This document shows positions 25,949 through 35,746 of a DNA stretch of 64,000 nucleotides, piece by piece. A model generated the notes under the pieces. The model ran no database searches. It saw nothing but the letters and a program-made list of their open reading frames with translations, and was not told where the DNA came from. Location: the sequence record PV191315.1. One strand, given 5' to 3'. Every line of letters begins with the position of its first letter. Positions within the stretch are counted from its first letter, which is position 1. A program made the position numbers and the translations under genes. Source of the DNA: Escherichia phage vB_EcoM-P3322.

Positions 25949-26178
25949 TGGGAGAAGTCATTGAAGTCAATTTTCGCACTAAACAGAAAGTGCAAAAATA
26001 TGTCGTTATTAAAAACATTTGCGTTGTCTGCTTCAATACGGTAATATACGACTCACGACGCGGAGAAAACGAAAATGAACCTTACATTGAAATTTCTAAG
26101 AACAAAGGTCAATGTATTTGTAAGAACTGTGCAGTAGCTATTAAGGAGGTTGTAAATGAAAACGCTTGGGACCAATGA
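25948..26178 (+). CDS. small Cys-rich zinc-finger-like protein
   Basis: Track ORF 25900..26178; start ATG 25948 overlapping upstream stop; CVVCFN...CICKNC. Confidence 0.45.
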   Translation: MGEVIEVNFRTKQKVQKYVVIKNICVVCFNTVIYDSRRGENENEPYIEISKNKGQCICKNCAVAIKEVVNENAWDQ

Positions 26179-26347
26179 AACTGGCGAGATCTCTCTTCAA
26201 GAAGTGACAAACGACAAACTGATTAAACTACGGGACGTAGCCCGTGACCATCTCCAAGAATCTTTTAAAGAATATATGGAAGCACGAGATCGTGTGATCC
26301 AAATCCAACAAGAAATGATTAAACGTGGGATTGTAGCTGACAGTTAA
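26156..26347 (+). CDS. hypothetical protein
   Basis: Track ORF 63 aa; SD AAGGAGG. Confidence 0.45.
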   Translation: MKTLGTNETGEISLQEVTNDKLIKLRDVARDHLQESFKEYMEARDRVIQIQQEMIKRGIVADS

Positions 26348-26363
26348 TATAACGGAGGGGAGA

Positions 26364-26927
26364 ATGATTTATTATATTACTCCCTATCTGACAGGAAATA
26401 TCGGCAAGGCTATCAATGAAGCCATTGCCGTTCTTCCAGATGATAGTTGGGTGTGTTTAAGAGATACCGATACAATGTTCCTCCTACCTGATCAACCGTC
26501 TATGCTTGAAGAGCTTGTTATGTCAAACCCGCCTTTTGATGTAATAGGTGCAACTTGTAACAGGTTAGGCAGTGGTTATCAACTTTTCTCTAACCAAATT
26601 AACGATGATCCAGATATTCTAAACCATATAGAATATGCTAAGATTGCAAGAGAATATCATAAAGTGAGTGTTGAAGAAGTTCCTTTCGGAACACCTCTGG
26701 CAGGTTTCTTTTTGCTTTTTAGAAAATCATTGTGGAATGAAATTCCTTTCGAAGAAAAATCTATCCAATTCGACTTAATTTTCTCTCGCACTTTACATGA
26801 AAAAGGAAAGAGGTTAGGATTGATGCGGGGAATGTATCTGTTTCACATTTACAGATTAGGTCAAACAAATCCTCAACGGTCTATACATCATTTATTACAC
26901 TGTCATGATCACAGTAAAACTATTTAG
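26364..26927 (+). CDS. glycosyltransferase-like protein (tentative)
   Basis: 187 aa; LRDTDTMF acidic motif; first of four adjacent sugar-transferase-like genes. Confidence 0.3.
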   Translation: MIYYITPYLTGNIGKAINEAIAVLPDDSWVCLRDTDTMFLLPDQPSMLEELVMSNPPFDVIGATCNRLGSGYQLFSNQINDDPDILNHIEYAKIAREYHKVSVEEVPFGTPLAGFFLLFRKSLWNEIPFEEKSIQFDLIFSRTLHEKGKRLGLMRGMYLFHIYRLGQTNPQRSIHHLLHCHDHSKTI

Positions 26928-26935
26928 GAGAGAAA

Positions 26936-27619
26936 ATGGAAAATATTAAAATCGGAGTGGGTGTTATCACTGTAGGTGTCCGTCCACTTAAAGACTACCT
27001 TGTAACAGATCCACGTGCAGATTTTCGAGTATTCAACGATCCAGATCGTAAAGGTGTAGCTTATGCCAGGAATGAACTTATGCACCAGTTTTATGAAGAA
27101 GGTTATGATTATTGGTTTATTTTTGACGATGATTGCTACCCAGTCATGGAGGGATGGGAAACATACTTTGTAGATCAAGCTGTCTCTGGAGGATGGGATT
27201 TCTTTGGTATGCCGGAGTATTTCAAAGATAAAGTTGTTGGAAGCAAAGGAGAAGTTATTCTCTGGGAACTTGCAATGTGTCAATTTGCAATGTATTCTCG
27301 TGCCGTTGTTGAGAAGATGGGTTATTTCCGTCCTTACACTCACGGTTATGGTTTTGAAGATGCTGAATGGGGACACCGTTTGCAAGCTGCTGGTTTGAAT
27401 CATGGTATTCAGGCAACACCTTGTCCACTTCGTATCATGGCTTATATCCACCCAGACGATGTTTTTGGAAACAATCCTATGCCTTTTGCTAACCTGACAA
27501 AAGAAGAGAAAGAGGCTGCTATTGGGATTAACTGGGAAGAATATAAAGCATCTTTAGAGGATATTAAAAATGGGAAAATCCGAATTTCCTATGAGGAGGC
27601 ACTAGCACATGTCAAATAA
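26936..27619 (+). CDS. glycosyltransferase, GT-A-like (tentative)
   Basis: 227 aa; DxD-type YWFIFDDDCYP after a beta-strand. Confidence 0.35.
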   Translation: MENIKIGVGVITVGVRPLKDYLVTDPRADFRVFNDPDRKGVAYARNELMHQFYEEGYDYWFIFDDDCYPVMEGWETYFVDQAVSGGWDFFGMPEYFKDKVVGSKGEVILWELAMCQFAMYSRAVVEKMGYFRPYTHGYGFEDAEWGHRLQAAGLNHGIQATPCPLRIMAYIHPDDVFGNNPMPFANLTKEEKEAAIGINWEEYKASLEDIKNGKIRISYEEALAHVK

Positions 27620-28559
27620 AAAATGGTCTAAACTAAAAATTGATGCAAAACCTCACAGCGGTTGTGACTATCATCGTATTGTTATACCATTTAACAACAA
27701 CAATAATATTCAACCTAAGAAAGATGTTGTTGTGTTTAACCGTATCCACTCTAAAGGTGCAGAATACGTTTTATCTTTGAAACGTCAAGGTGTTAAGGTT
27801 GTTGTAGACTTAGATGATTTTTACCAACTTAATCCAGAACATTATTTAGCAAGTCTATACGAGTCAAACACTCATGCTATTGTAGCTATGGTTAAGCTTG
27901 CTGATGTGGTTATTGTGACTACGGAATATTTGGCATATAAGATCCGTCACTTAAATAGGAATGTTGTTGTGATCCGAAATGCACTTCCTTTTGATAGCGG
28001 ACAATTCACTTTGTCAAATGATCGTTCATCCGGTACCCCTGTTGTATGGGCTGGCGGTGCTAGTCACGAACCAGACTTACGACTAGTCTCTAATACTTTC
28101 GATGATGAACTTCTTACTATTGCGGGATATGAAGCATCACAAAGCATCACGGGACAAGAGTGGATTAAGATTCGCAGAAATTTACCAAATGCCAAATATA
28201 AAGCCGCTGTAAAAGATTTAGATAATTACATGAGTGTTTACGAAAGTCATGCTATTGCTATAGCTCCTTTGGTAGATAATGATTTTAATAATTGTAAAAG
28301 TAATCTCAAAATCCTGGAAGCTGGAGCAAAAGGTATTCCAATTGTTTGTTCTAAGGTATTACCTTATTTTAACCCTGTAGATGCTCGCGCTGTTGCTTAC
28401 GCAGAGAATAAAGCAGAATGGCATTACGAAATTGTTAAGCTTCTTCGCAATCCAAACTATCGGGAAGATCGTGGCTTGTTCTTGGCTGAACATGTTCGAA
28501 CACATTATAATCTGGCAGATGCAAACGAGTTGCGACGCCAGGTTATTGAAAGTTTGTAG
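27609..28559 (+). CDS. glycosyltransferase, GT-B fold, paralog 1
   Basis: 316 aa; C-terminal NNCKSNLKILEAGAKGIPIVCS resembles the GT4-type EGFGL..LEAMA.G.PVI motif. Confidence 0.45.
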   Translation: MSNKKWSKLKIDAKPHSGCDYHRIVIPFNNNNNIQPKKDVVVFNRIHSKGAEYVLSLKRQGVKVVVDLDDFYQLNPEHYLASLYESNTHAIVAMVKLADVVIVTTEYLAYKIRHLNRNVVVIRNALPFDSGQFTLSNDRSSGTPVVWAGGASHEPDLRLVSNTFDDELLTIAGYEASQSITGQEWIKIRRNLPNAKYKAAVKDLDNYMSVYESHAIAIAPLVDNDFNNCKSNLKILEAGAKGIPIVCSKVLPYFNPVDARAVAYAENKAEWHYEIVKLLRNPNYREDRGLFLAEHVRTHYNLADANELRRQVIESL

Positions 28560-28566
28560 GTGAAGT

Positions 28567-29511
28567 ATGGGACAAATAATTCTTGACAATCGTAACGGAA
28601 TCAATTATAGTGTCTGCGATTTCCATAGGGTAGTGCTGCCTTACTCAAGGCAGTTCTCTTCACAACCTAAACACAACGTTTTCGTTTTTAACGGGGTGCC
28701 AACAAAAGGTAAAGAGGGCTTTTTAGCCCTTAAAAACCTAGGCTTTAAAATGGTTATGGATTTGGATGACTCTTTAGTTATTCCAAAAGGACACATGTTA
28801 GAAGGTATTTTTGAATCAGGTATTCGTGAACATTTAAAATGGTTTTTAGAGCACAGCGATCTCGTTACAACTACGACACCTGCTTTGCAAGTTGAACTTT
28901 CACAATACAATGATAATGTGCACATAATCCCTAATGGACTTCCTTACGATGAAGGTCAATTTGTGTTGACCCGTGATCGCTACTCCAAAACTCCATTAGT
29001 CTGGGCTGGAAGTGAAACACATAAACAAGACTTGGCTATCTTGCCCGATTTTGGTAAAGATCTTACAATATGTGGTTTTCGTAGGGATTCTGAAGTTTTA
29101 AGTAGTCGTGAATGGTCTGTGATCAGAGAAAATGTAGCACCAACTTGTGTTTATGAAGGTGTAAGACCATATGCCAACTACATGGAATCTTACGATGGTC
29201 ATCAAATCAGTCTTGCGCCATTGATTGATAACGTGTTTAATAATGCAAAAAGCAATCTTAAAATTCTTGAGGCAGGTGCTAAGGGTTTACCTTTGATCTG
29301 TTCTCCTCGTGAGAATTATCATACACAAGAGTTTAAAGATTTGTTATTCTTTGCTGAAACACCTTCCGAGTGGAAAGATATTACGGAATACTTATTAAGT
29401 GCTCCCGATGTTTGCATGGAGAAAGGATTAGCATTAGCTAAGTATGTCAGGACTCATTATCACATTGATGTGTTGAATGAGCGTCGTAGACTTTTATTTG
29501 AGGAGCTATAA
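28567..29511 (+). CDS. glycosyltransferase, GT-B fold, paralog 2
   Basis: 314 aa; NNAKSNLKILEAGAKGLPLICS; collinear similarity to 27609..28559 (CD(Y/F)HR(I/V)V.P, VVWAG/LVWAG). Confidence 0.45.
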   Translation: MGQIILDNRNGINYSVCDFHRVVLPYSRQFSSQPKHNVFVFNGVPTKGKEGFLALKNLGFKMVMDLDDSLVIPKGHMLEGIFESGIREHLKWFLEHSDLVTTTTPALQVELSQYNDNVHIIPNGLPYDEGQFVLTRDRYSKTPLVWAGSETHKQDLAILPDFGKDLTICGFRRDSEVLSSREWSVIRENVAPTCVYEGVRPYANYMESYDGHQISLAPLIDNVFNNAKSNLKILEAGAKGLPLICSPRENYHTQEFKDLLFFAETPSEWKDITEYLLSAPDVCMEKGLALAKYVRTHYHIDVLNERRRLLFEEL

Positions 29512-29789
29512 TGATTAACACTTTTGATTTTGAATACACCACTCGTAACGGGAAAGCTTTAGTCGTGGAGGTGGATTACTATTATGAAGAGCCTAACCCG
29601 CTTTCTCGTGAAAGTGATTGGGATTACCACGGAGGGCTTTTAATTGACGGTATTCGTTTTTATGAAGGCTCTACAGAAGTTTTTGAAAAAGATTTAAATG
29701 TAACTGTAGCAGAAATTGCTTTCCAATTTAGAAAGCATATGGAAGAACTAGAAGCAGAATATATGATGGAGACTAACGAACCATTTTAA
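29511..29789 (+). CDS. hypothetical protein
   Basis: Track ORF 92 aa; TAATG overlap. Confidence 0.5.
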   Translation: MINTFDFEYTTRNGKALVVEVDYYYEEPNPLSRESDWDYHGGLLIDGIRFYEGSTEVFEKDLNVTVAEIAFQFRKHMEELEAEYMMETNEPF

Positions 29790-29801
29790 CAGGAGAACAA
29801 A

Positions 29802-31580
29802 GTGTCGCACATTATAACTAAATATGGATTTGATGTTGATCTTAGCAAGGAAGGACATACAGGTTGTCCGCGCTGCATGAAAAATGGCAAGGATCGCTCT
29901 CGTAATAACCTGATGGTTTATGGATTAGATTCTAATGGAGAGCATAAAGGTGCTAAGTGCTTTGCGTGTGAATACACTATTCCTAGCGTAGAATGGTTAC
30001 GAGAAAATGGTGAAGTTTTAGAAGAAGAGGAGGAGATTGTGGGTTCGGAATTTAATAAACAGATTCATCGTAAAATTGTTCAAGAAACATCAACCAACCC
30101 ACGTGGTTATCGAGGCATTAAAGAAAAAGTTTCATCTTTCTATGGTGTTCGTTATGAATACCGCCAGGAAGGGGATCAGATGGTAGTAGAAAGTTGTTTA
30201 TATCCAACTACTATCGGTAAAGAATTAGTTGGTTTTAAGCGTCGTATTCATCCTAAAGATTTCAGTAAACCTATTGGTCAAGTAGGTAAAGATGTAGATC
30301 TTTTTGGACAAATTCGTTTTGCAGACCGTTCTCATACTGTGGTAATTACAGGTGGTGAACACGATGCTCTGGCAGCTTATCAAATGCTGTCTGAAAACTT
30401 GGACAACAAATATGAACTTCCAGCAGTAGTTAGTGGCACAACTGGTGAAACCAGTATGTATAAACAAGTTCAGGCACAATATCCTTTCTTTGAAAAATTT
30501 AAGAAGATTATTGTTTGCATGGATAATGACAAAGCAGGTAATGAGGCATTTGAAAATATTGTTAAGGTGTTGCCTCGTAACAAAGTCTACCGTATGCAGA
30601 TGGATCTTAAGGATGCCAATCAGTATCTGGAAGAAGGTCGTGCAAAAGATTTCGTAAAAGCTTTTTGGAGTGCTCGTCTATACACCCCAGCAGGTGTTTA
30701 TGCTTCTAATGTCTTGTATGAAGCTGCATTAGAATGCTTGGAATCCAAGATGATTACCTTGCCTCCTTTTATGCGTGTTGCTGCAAATATGCTGGGTGGT
30801 GGTTTAGTAGAGGAAGAGATTACAGTTATCCTGGCGAAGACCAGTATCGGTAAAACTTTGATGGTGAACGAGATCACCAAACATATTATTGTTGCGCACC
30901 CAGAACATACCCTAGGTATTCTGTCCTTGGAAGCAACTTATAAGAAATATTCTCGTAACCTGTTGTCCTCGTTCCTGCATATTCCTCTACACAGGAAAAC
31001 ACCGGAAGAGAAATTTCAAATCTTGGAAGAGAATAAAGAAAAAATCCTAGATTTTTACGAAAGAGAAGATGGATCACCACGTTTTTATGTGTGTGATGAT
31101 CGTGGAGCAGATGTGGAGTCTATCAAAGAAAAAGTTTTGGAGATGATCATCTATTTTGGAGTAACAATTCTTGTTATCGACCCTTATTCTGATTTGCTTT
31201 CTGGTATGGATGTTCAAGCCCAGGAAGAGTTAGCAACATGGTTGAAGCGCATCATGAAAGAGTATGCTATAACTATTATTGTCATCTCACACGTTAAGAA
31301 ATCGGCTAATGGTGGCAATGAACACTTAACAGAGGACGATGCAATGGGTAGTAGTTTCTTGGCTAAAGGTGCTGGTATTACCTTGGCTTTGGAACGAGAT
31401 AAAGCCGCTGAAGACCCTGTAGAACGCAATACGACTCATTGCTTTATCCTAAAAAACCGTGAGTTCTCAGAAACTGGTCCGGCAGGGCAGTTTTACTATG
31501 ACATTAGAACTGCAACTCTGCATGACAAAGAGCAGTATTTCAACAATCCTGCTAATTTGCCTACGGATAGCAACTATTAA
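29802..31580 (+). CDS. bifunctional DNA primase-helicase (T7 gp4-like)
   Basis: N-terminal zinc ribbon CPRCMKNGKD...CFACEY; TOPRIM-like VVITGGEHDALAAYQ and CMDNDKAGNEA; helicase Walker A AKTSIGKT and Walker B-like LVIDPY. Confidence 0.7.
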   Translation: MSHIITKYGFDVDLSKEGHTGCPRCMKNGKDRSRNNLMVYGLDSNGEHKGAKCFACEYTIPSVEWLRENGEVLEEEEEIVGSEFNKQIHRKIVQETSTNPRGYRGIKEKVSSFYGVRYEYRQEGDQMVVESCLYPTTIGKELVGFKRRIHPKDFSKPIGQVGKDVDLFGQIRFADRSHTVVITGGEHDALAAYQMLSENLDNKYELPAVVSGTTGETSMYKQVQAQYPFFEKFKKIIVCMDNDKAGNEAFENIVKVLPRNKVYRMQMDLKDANQYLEEGRAKDFVKAFWSARLYTPAGVYASNVLYEAALECLESKMITLPPFMRVAANMLGGGLVEEEITVILAKTSIGKTLMVNEITKHIIVAHPEHTLGILSLEATYKKYSRNLLSSFLHIPLHRKTPEEKFQILEENKEKILDFYEREDGSPRFYVCDDRGADVESIKEKVLEMIIYFGVTILVIDPYSDLLSGMDVQAQEELATWLKRIMKEYAITIIVISHVKKSANGGNEHLTEDDAMGSSFLAKGAGITLALERDKAAEDPVERNTTHCFILKNREFSETGPAGQFYYDIRTATLHDKEQYFNNPANLPTDSNY

Positions 31581-31599
31581 GGGCTTCGGCCCTTTTATT
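31581..31599 (+). terminator. rho-independent terminator
   Basis: GGGCTTCGGCCC hairpin followed by TTTTATT directly after primase-helicase stop. Confidence 0.65.
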
Positions 31600-31610
31600 A
31601 AAAATACCTG

Positions 31611-31639
31611 TTGACAACTTTACGGAAGAGACTTATACT
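31611..31639 (+). promoter_or_regulatory. strong candidate sigma70-type promoter (TTGACA-N17-TATACT)
   Basis: Near-consensus hexamers with optimal spacing, about 30 nt before 31673. Confidence 0.55.
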
Positions 31640-31672
31640 TGTCTCATCAACCAAACAAGAGGAGAAGTAAAA

Positions 31673-32104
31673 ATGCGTATGACAATCGATCTGAATGCAA
31701 AAGTTAAAGCTGCTGGTGCTCTGGGTGCTGGTGTTATTAAACACAAACAAGCGTTGGCATTTGCCATCCCACATATGATTGTTGAGGATCATCCTGAAGA
31801 GTTTGCTGTAAAAGTTGTTGAGAACAATGTCTCTGTTATTGAACATCTTCCAACTGGACGTTCTTACCGTGTTGTTTCTTCTAAAGGTTTCCGTTTCGAT
31901 GTAAGCCCTTCTTTCACAAAAGGTGCTGGTCGTAGTAAAGTGGGTATTCTTTCTTACAAATATTATATCGATAAAGTTGCAGATGGTGTCGCATTCTGTC
32001 GTGTAAGTGAAGGTAAAGTAGATATCATCTTTAAAAATACCAAAAACATGGTTATTTCTGACGATGGTAAAGTTGACCTCACTATTGAGTTCGCTAACAA
32101 CTAA
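31673..32104 (+). CDS. hypothetical protein, expression-optimised (143 aa)
   Basis: SD AGGAGAAG; heavy CTG/GGT/GCT/CGT codon usage like TerD and SSB genes; strongest promoter in window. Confidence 0.6.
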   Translation: MRMTIDLNAKVKAAGALGAGVIKHKQALAFAIPHMIVEDHPEEFAVKVVENNVSVIEHLPTGRSYRVVSSKGFRFDVSPSFTKGAGRSKVGILSYKYYIDKVADGVAFCRVSEGKVDIIFKNTKNMVISDDGKVDLTIEFANN

Positions 32105-32113
32105 GGAGGACTA

Positions 32114-32908
32114 TTGAGCAAGTTGAATACACTTGATCAATATTACACTAACCCCGCTTATGCGGGGTTCTTATGTGATAAGATCAAAGAAATTTTTGGA
32201 GAGGAAGCTAACTACGTAGAACCATCTGCGGGAGAAGGAGCTTTCTCTTCTTGTTTTAAAAACATAACTTCTTTTGATATTGACCCTAAGTTTGAAGATT
32301 GTATTGAGGCAGATTTTTTAGCTCAATCTGTTGAGTCTGTTGGCAGTGTAACTGCTTTTGTCGGTAATCCTCCGTTTGGAAAAAATGCTAGTCTTGCCAT
32401 TAAGTTCTTTAACCATTGTGCTGAAATGTTGGATAACGAAGGTGGTATTTGTTTTATCTTGCCTCGCACATTTCAAAAAATCTTTTTTGCACACAAACTA
32501 AATCCCCACATGCATCTTCTTTACGAAGAAGAATGTCCAAAAGGATCTTTTATTCTTCATGGGGAACCTTGGGATGTTCCTTGTGTATTCCAGATATGGA
32601 TTAAACGCAACGAGAAGCGTTCTCCCGTTGTTTTAGGAGAGAATAGACTGTTCGTATTAGGTAACAGTAAAGACTACGATATAGCCGTTAGGAGAGCGGG
32701 AGCAAGTGCAGGTAAAGTGTTATCAGAAGAAGATTCTTTATCTGAAGCATCTACCTACTTTTTAAAAGCCTTGACTTCTGATCTTAAAACACGTATCATT
32801 GAGGCTTACCCGTTACTTAAAGCTGAAGCTAGTAAAACTGCGGGAGTAAGAAGTTTAAGTTTAAAAGAACTTCAGTGGGTTCTGGAGAACATTAGAAAGG
32901 AGGAATAG
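32114..32908 (+). CDS. DNA N6-adenine methyltransferase-like protein
   Basis: 264 aa; catalytic-type FVGNPPFGKN; N-terminal YYTNP..AGFLCD consistent with AdoMet-binding region; TTG start after AAGGAGG. Confidence 0.5.
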   Translation: MSKLNTLDQYYTNPAYAGFLCDKIKEIFGEEANYVEPSAGEGAFSSCFKNITSFDIDPKFEDCIEADFLAQSVESVGSVTAFVGNPPFGKNASLAIKFFNHCAEMLDNEGGICFILPRTFQKIFFAHKLNPHMHLLYEEECPKGSFILHGEPWDVPCVFQIWIKRNEKRSPVVLGENRLFVLGNSKDYDIAVRRAGASAGKVLSEEDSLSEASTYFLKALTSDLKTRIIEAYPLLKAEASKTAGVRSLSLKELQWVLENIRKEE

Positions 32909-35505
32909 TGAGTAAGTTTACATGGGATATTGAAGCAAACGGATTGTTGAATAATGACACTATTGATTATTTAGCTAGTCCTTATCGTCTCAAAGACACA
33001 TTTCAAATGCACTGTATTGTCTTAGAGAACCATGAAACAGGAGAAATAGTAGCTTTCCACGATGGCCCTAAATACATCTTTGATGGGCGTCCTTATGAAG
33101 AGTCAGATGGTAAATACACATATGTTCTTAAAGAGTATGTGGCGCAAGATTACACACATTTTCAACTAAAAGATTTCCCAGATTTTATTAATCATGAAGG
33201 TTATTTTAAAGACAAGCCTGAATATCTGGTTGAAATGGCTGTGGCTCACAACGGTATCAACTACGACTGGTTGGCTACAAAACTGTTTTATGGATTAGAT
33301 TACAGTGTTAAATATAATACGTGGGGCAAAAATAAGGTAAAACTTATTGACTCTTTGATTTTGAGTAAAGTGTTAAACCCAGATAGAAAGATTGAGGGCA
33401 AATCAGGACATAGTTTGGCAGCACTTTCTCGAAAAGCAGGTGGTGATGTAAAAATAGATTTCCGTAAAGAGATTCCAGAAGAAGATCGATTTAAGACTTT
33501 TGCTGCGGATATGCTTTATTACTGTATCTATGACAACAAAGCCAATACGAGCGTATATAATTACCTTATGGAAGAATGGGGTGATTATGATAAATGGGAA
33601 GGTCCATTTGAACTTGAACAACGTGTAGCAGACATTATTACACGCCAGGAACACCGTGGGTTTGCTTTTAACATGAAACAAGCAGAAGAGAACCTTGCTT
33701 TTTTGGATGCAGAAATGGAGCGTCTTCGTTTACTCGTTGAGCCTATTTTGCCACCTAAACCAGCAACAAAAGGTTATCTTAAGGCTTTTATTCCACCTAA
33801 GTTGCAAATTAAAAAGAACTTAGAGCCAACTAACCATATGATCAATTTTGCTAAGAAACACGATGGTCATTTGGAAGAGAGGGATGGCGATTGGTGGTTA
33901 GTTATGTTGGGGAAAGAGTGGAAACTGCCAGTTGCAGCAGATGAACCTCTATGTGATCCTAACATCCCTGCAACATTGAACGATACAACCCATATTAAAA
34001 ACTGGCTTGTAGGATTAGGTTGGGTACCGTCTGAATATAAAGATAAAGACTTGACTCTTAAATCTGGCACCAAGATTAAAAAGAGCGAGGAAGAACTTCA
34101 GAAAGGTATTCGAGCTTACGTTGAGCAAACTCTATCTTCTAATTTTTGTCAGGATCGTTGTGATCATCTGGAGTGCACACCGGAAACCCTGGAAAGGAAG
34201 ATTCAAGAGCGTATAGCAAAAGGTAAAGGTCGCGGTCTTAAAGTATTGACTAACCCATGTTTTACCAAAGGTCAGGAAAAAGAAATTTGTCCTAACCTGC
34301 AAGCTTTGGGTGAGAAGTTTCCTTATGCTACACAGATTGTAGAATACTTAACGTATAAGCATCGTAGGAACTCTATTTTAGGTGGCGGTGCTGATTGGGA
34401 AGAAGACGAAGAAGATCAAGAATACGATAAAGGTTTCTTAGCCGCAGTAAGGGCGGATGGGCGTATTCCTACCCCAGCCGCTACATGTGATGCTGCAACC
34501 TCTCGTATGAAGCATAGATCTGTAGCTAATATTCCTCGTGTCACATCTTTGTTTGGATGGGAGATGCGTAACTTGTTTGGTGTAGAAGTTCCTAAATACT
34601 TCCAGATCGGCTACGACTTCGACTCTTTGGAAGCAAAAATTGAATCACACTACTGTTGGCGGTACGAGCCGGAGCCACACGAATATTGTAACGCTCTGTT
34701 GTTAGAGAAACCTAACGATGTTCACACAATGATGGCAAAACGTATCACTGAAACTATTGGACGTAAATTTGAACGTAGTCCTGCTAAATCTGTTAAGTAT
34801 GGTATTACCTATGGTGCACAAGCCGACAAGGTTGCTAAAACAATTGGTAGCGATAAGTTTACAGGTCAATTGGTGTTTGATGCTTTCTGGGAAGCTGCAT
34901 TCCCATTGGCGCGTCTTAAAGAACGTTTAAACGATTTCTGGGTTAAGACTGGTAAACAATATGTTTTGGGTATTGACGGTCGTAAGGTTCCTACTCGTTC
35001 TGCTCACGCGATTCTTAACTCTCTGTTCCAAAGTGGTGGGGTTATCTGTGCTAAACGTGCAATGGTTATTTATGACGACATGATCGAAGAAGAAGGACTA
35101 AGTGTTGACTTCTTTAAAGATGACTGGAAGAATAAAGACTTCGTACAACAAATGATTGCATATCACGATGAAGCCCAGCTTGAAGTTTCTCGTAACCTTG
35201 TAGAATTCAAATGGTTTTCACCTGAATCGTTAGGTTGGAAGAAAGTGGACGATCCTGAAGAACAAAAGAAAATTGATAAAGAATGCCTTGCTAAAGTTGA
35301 AGAATGGAAGCATAATAAGGAAAAAGAGACGGGGCAAATTTGGGCTAACATTCATGAATCTCCCAAAGGTGGATGGTTTACAGCTTATAGTCGAGCAGGA
35401 GAACTTGCTGCTTTAGCTGTTACTAAAGCCGGAGAATTCTACAATCTTAATGTTCAGCTTACTGCTGGATATGATGTGGGTAACTCCTGGGCCAGTTGTC
35501 ACTGA
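32908..35505 (+). CDS. family A DNA polymerase with 3'-5' exonuclease domain
   Basis: Exo I FTWDIEANGL; motif B RSPAKSVKYGITYGAQ; motif C IAYHDEAQLEV; GTG start after GGAGGAA. Confidence 0.8.
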   Translation: MSKFTWDIEANGLLNNDTIDYLASPYRLKDTFQMHCIVLENHETGEIVAFHDGPKYIFDGRPYEESDGKYTYVLKEYVAQDYTHFQLKDFPDFINHEGYFKDKPEYLVEMAVAHNGINYDWLATKLFYGLDYSVKYNTWGKNKVKLIDSLILSKVLNPDRKIEGKSGHSLAALSRKAGGDVKIDFRKEIPEEDRFKTFAADMLYYCIYDNKANTSVYNYLMEEWGDYDKWEGPFELEQRVADIITRQEHRGFAFNMKQAEENLAFLDAEMERLRLLVEPILPPKPATKGYLKAFIPPKLQIKKNLEPTNHMINFAKKHDGHLEERDGDWWLVMLGKEWKLPVAADEPLCDPNIPATLNDTTHIKNWLVGLGWVPSEYKDKDLTLKSGTKIKKSEEELQKGIRAYVEQTLSSNFCQDRCDHLECTPETLERKIQERIAKGKGRGLKVLTNPCFTKGQEKEICPNLQALGEKFPYATQIVEYLTYKHRRNSILGGGADWEEDEEDQEYDKGFLAAVRADGRIPTPAATCDAATSRMKHRSVANIPRVTSLFGWEMRNLFGVEVPKYFQIGYDFDSLEAKIESHYCWRYEPEPHEYCNALLLEKPNDVHTMMAKRITETIGRKFERSPAKSVKYGITYGAQADKVAKTIGSDKFTGQLVFDAFWEAAFPLARLKERLNDFWVKTGKQYVLGIDGRKVPTRSAHAILNSLFQSGGVICAKRAMVIYDDMIEEEGLSVDFFKDDWKNKDFVQQMIAYHDEAQLEVSRNLVEFKWFSPESLGWKKVDDPEEQKKIDKECLAKVEEWKHNKEKETGQIWANIHESPKGGWFTAYSRAGELAALAVTKAGEFYNLNVQLTAGYDVGNSWASCH

Positions 35506-35523
35506 TCTAACGTATTGTTTTAT

Positions 35524-35543
35524 AAGGGGCTTCTGCCCCTTTA
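35524..35543 (+). terminator. weak terminator/attenuator hairpin
   Basis: AAGGGGC-TTCT-GCCCCTT stem-loop followed by TATAGG; short T-tract only. Confidence 0.3.
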
Positions 35544-35554
35544 TAGGAGAAGAT

Positions 35555-35746
35555 ATGGGTTACGATTTAGATTGTCTTGGTATGCCTTACCTACCAGATG
35601 AATTTGAAGGTGAAGAAGAACGTGAATGGGACGATGGGGATATCCGTTGTTGGTCTTGTGGTAAAGATATGTCTTATGAACAACATATGCACAATGATGG
35701 TTTCTGCATACATTGTTATAATGAAATTGATCTGGAGGAAGATTAA
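35555..35746 (+). CDS. small acidic Cys-rich zinc-ribbon-like protein
   Basis: Track ORF 35450..35746; start moved to ATG 35555 after AGGAG; CWSCGKD...CIHCYNE. Confidence 0.45.
   Translation: MGYDLDCLGMPYLPDEFEGEEEREWDDGDIRCWSCGKDMSYEQHMHNDGFCIHCYNEIDLEED

Noticed and set aside
26924-27451. 175-aa minus-strand ORF antisense to glycosyltransferase genes
   Set aside because: Overlaps two plus-strand genes that have SDs and motifs; no start context.
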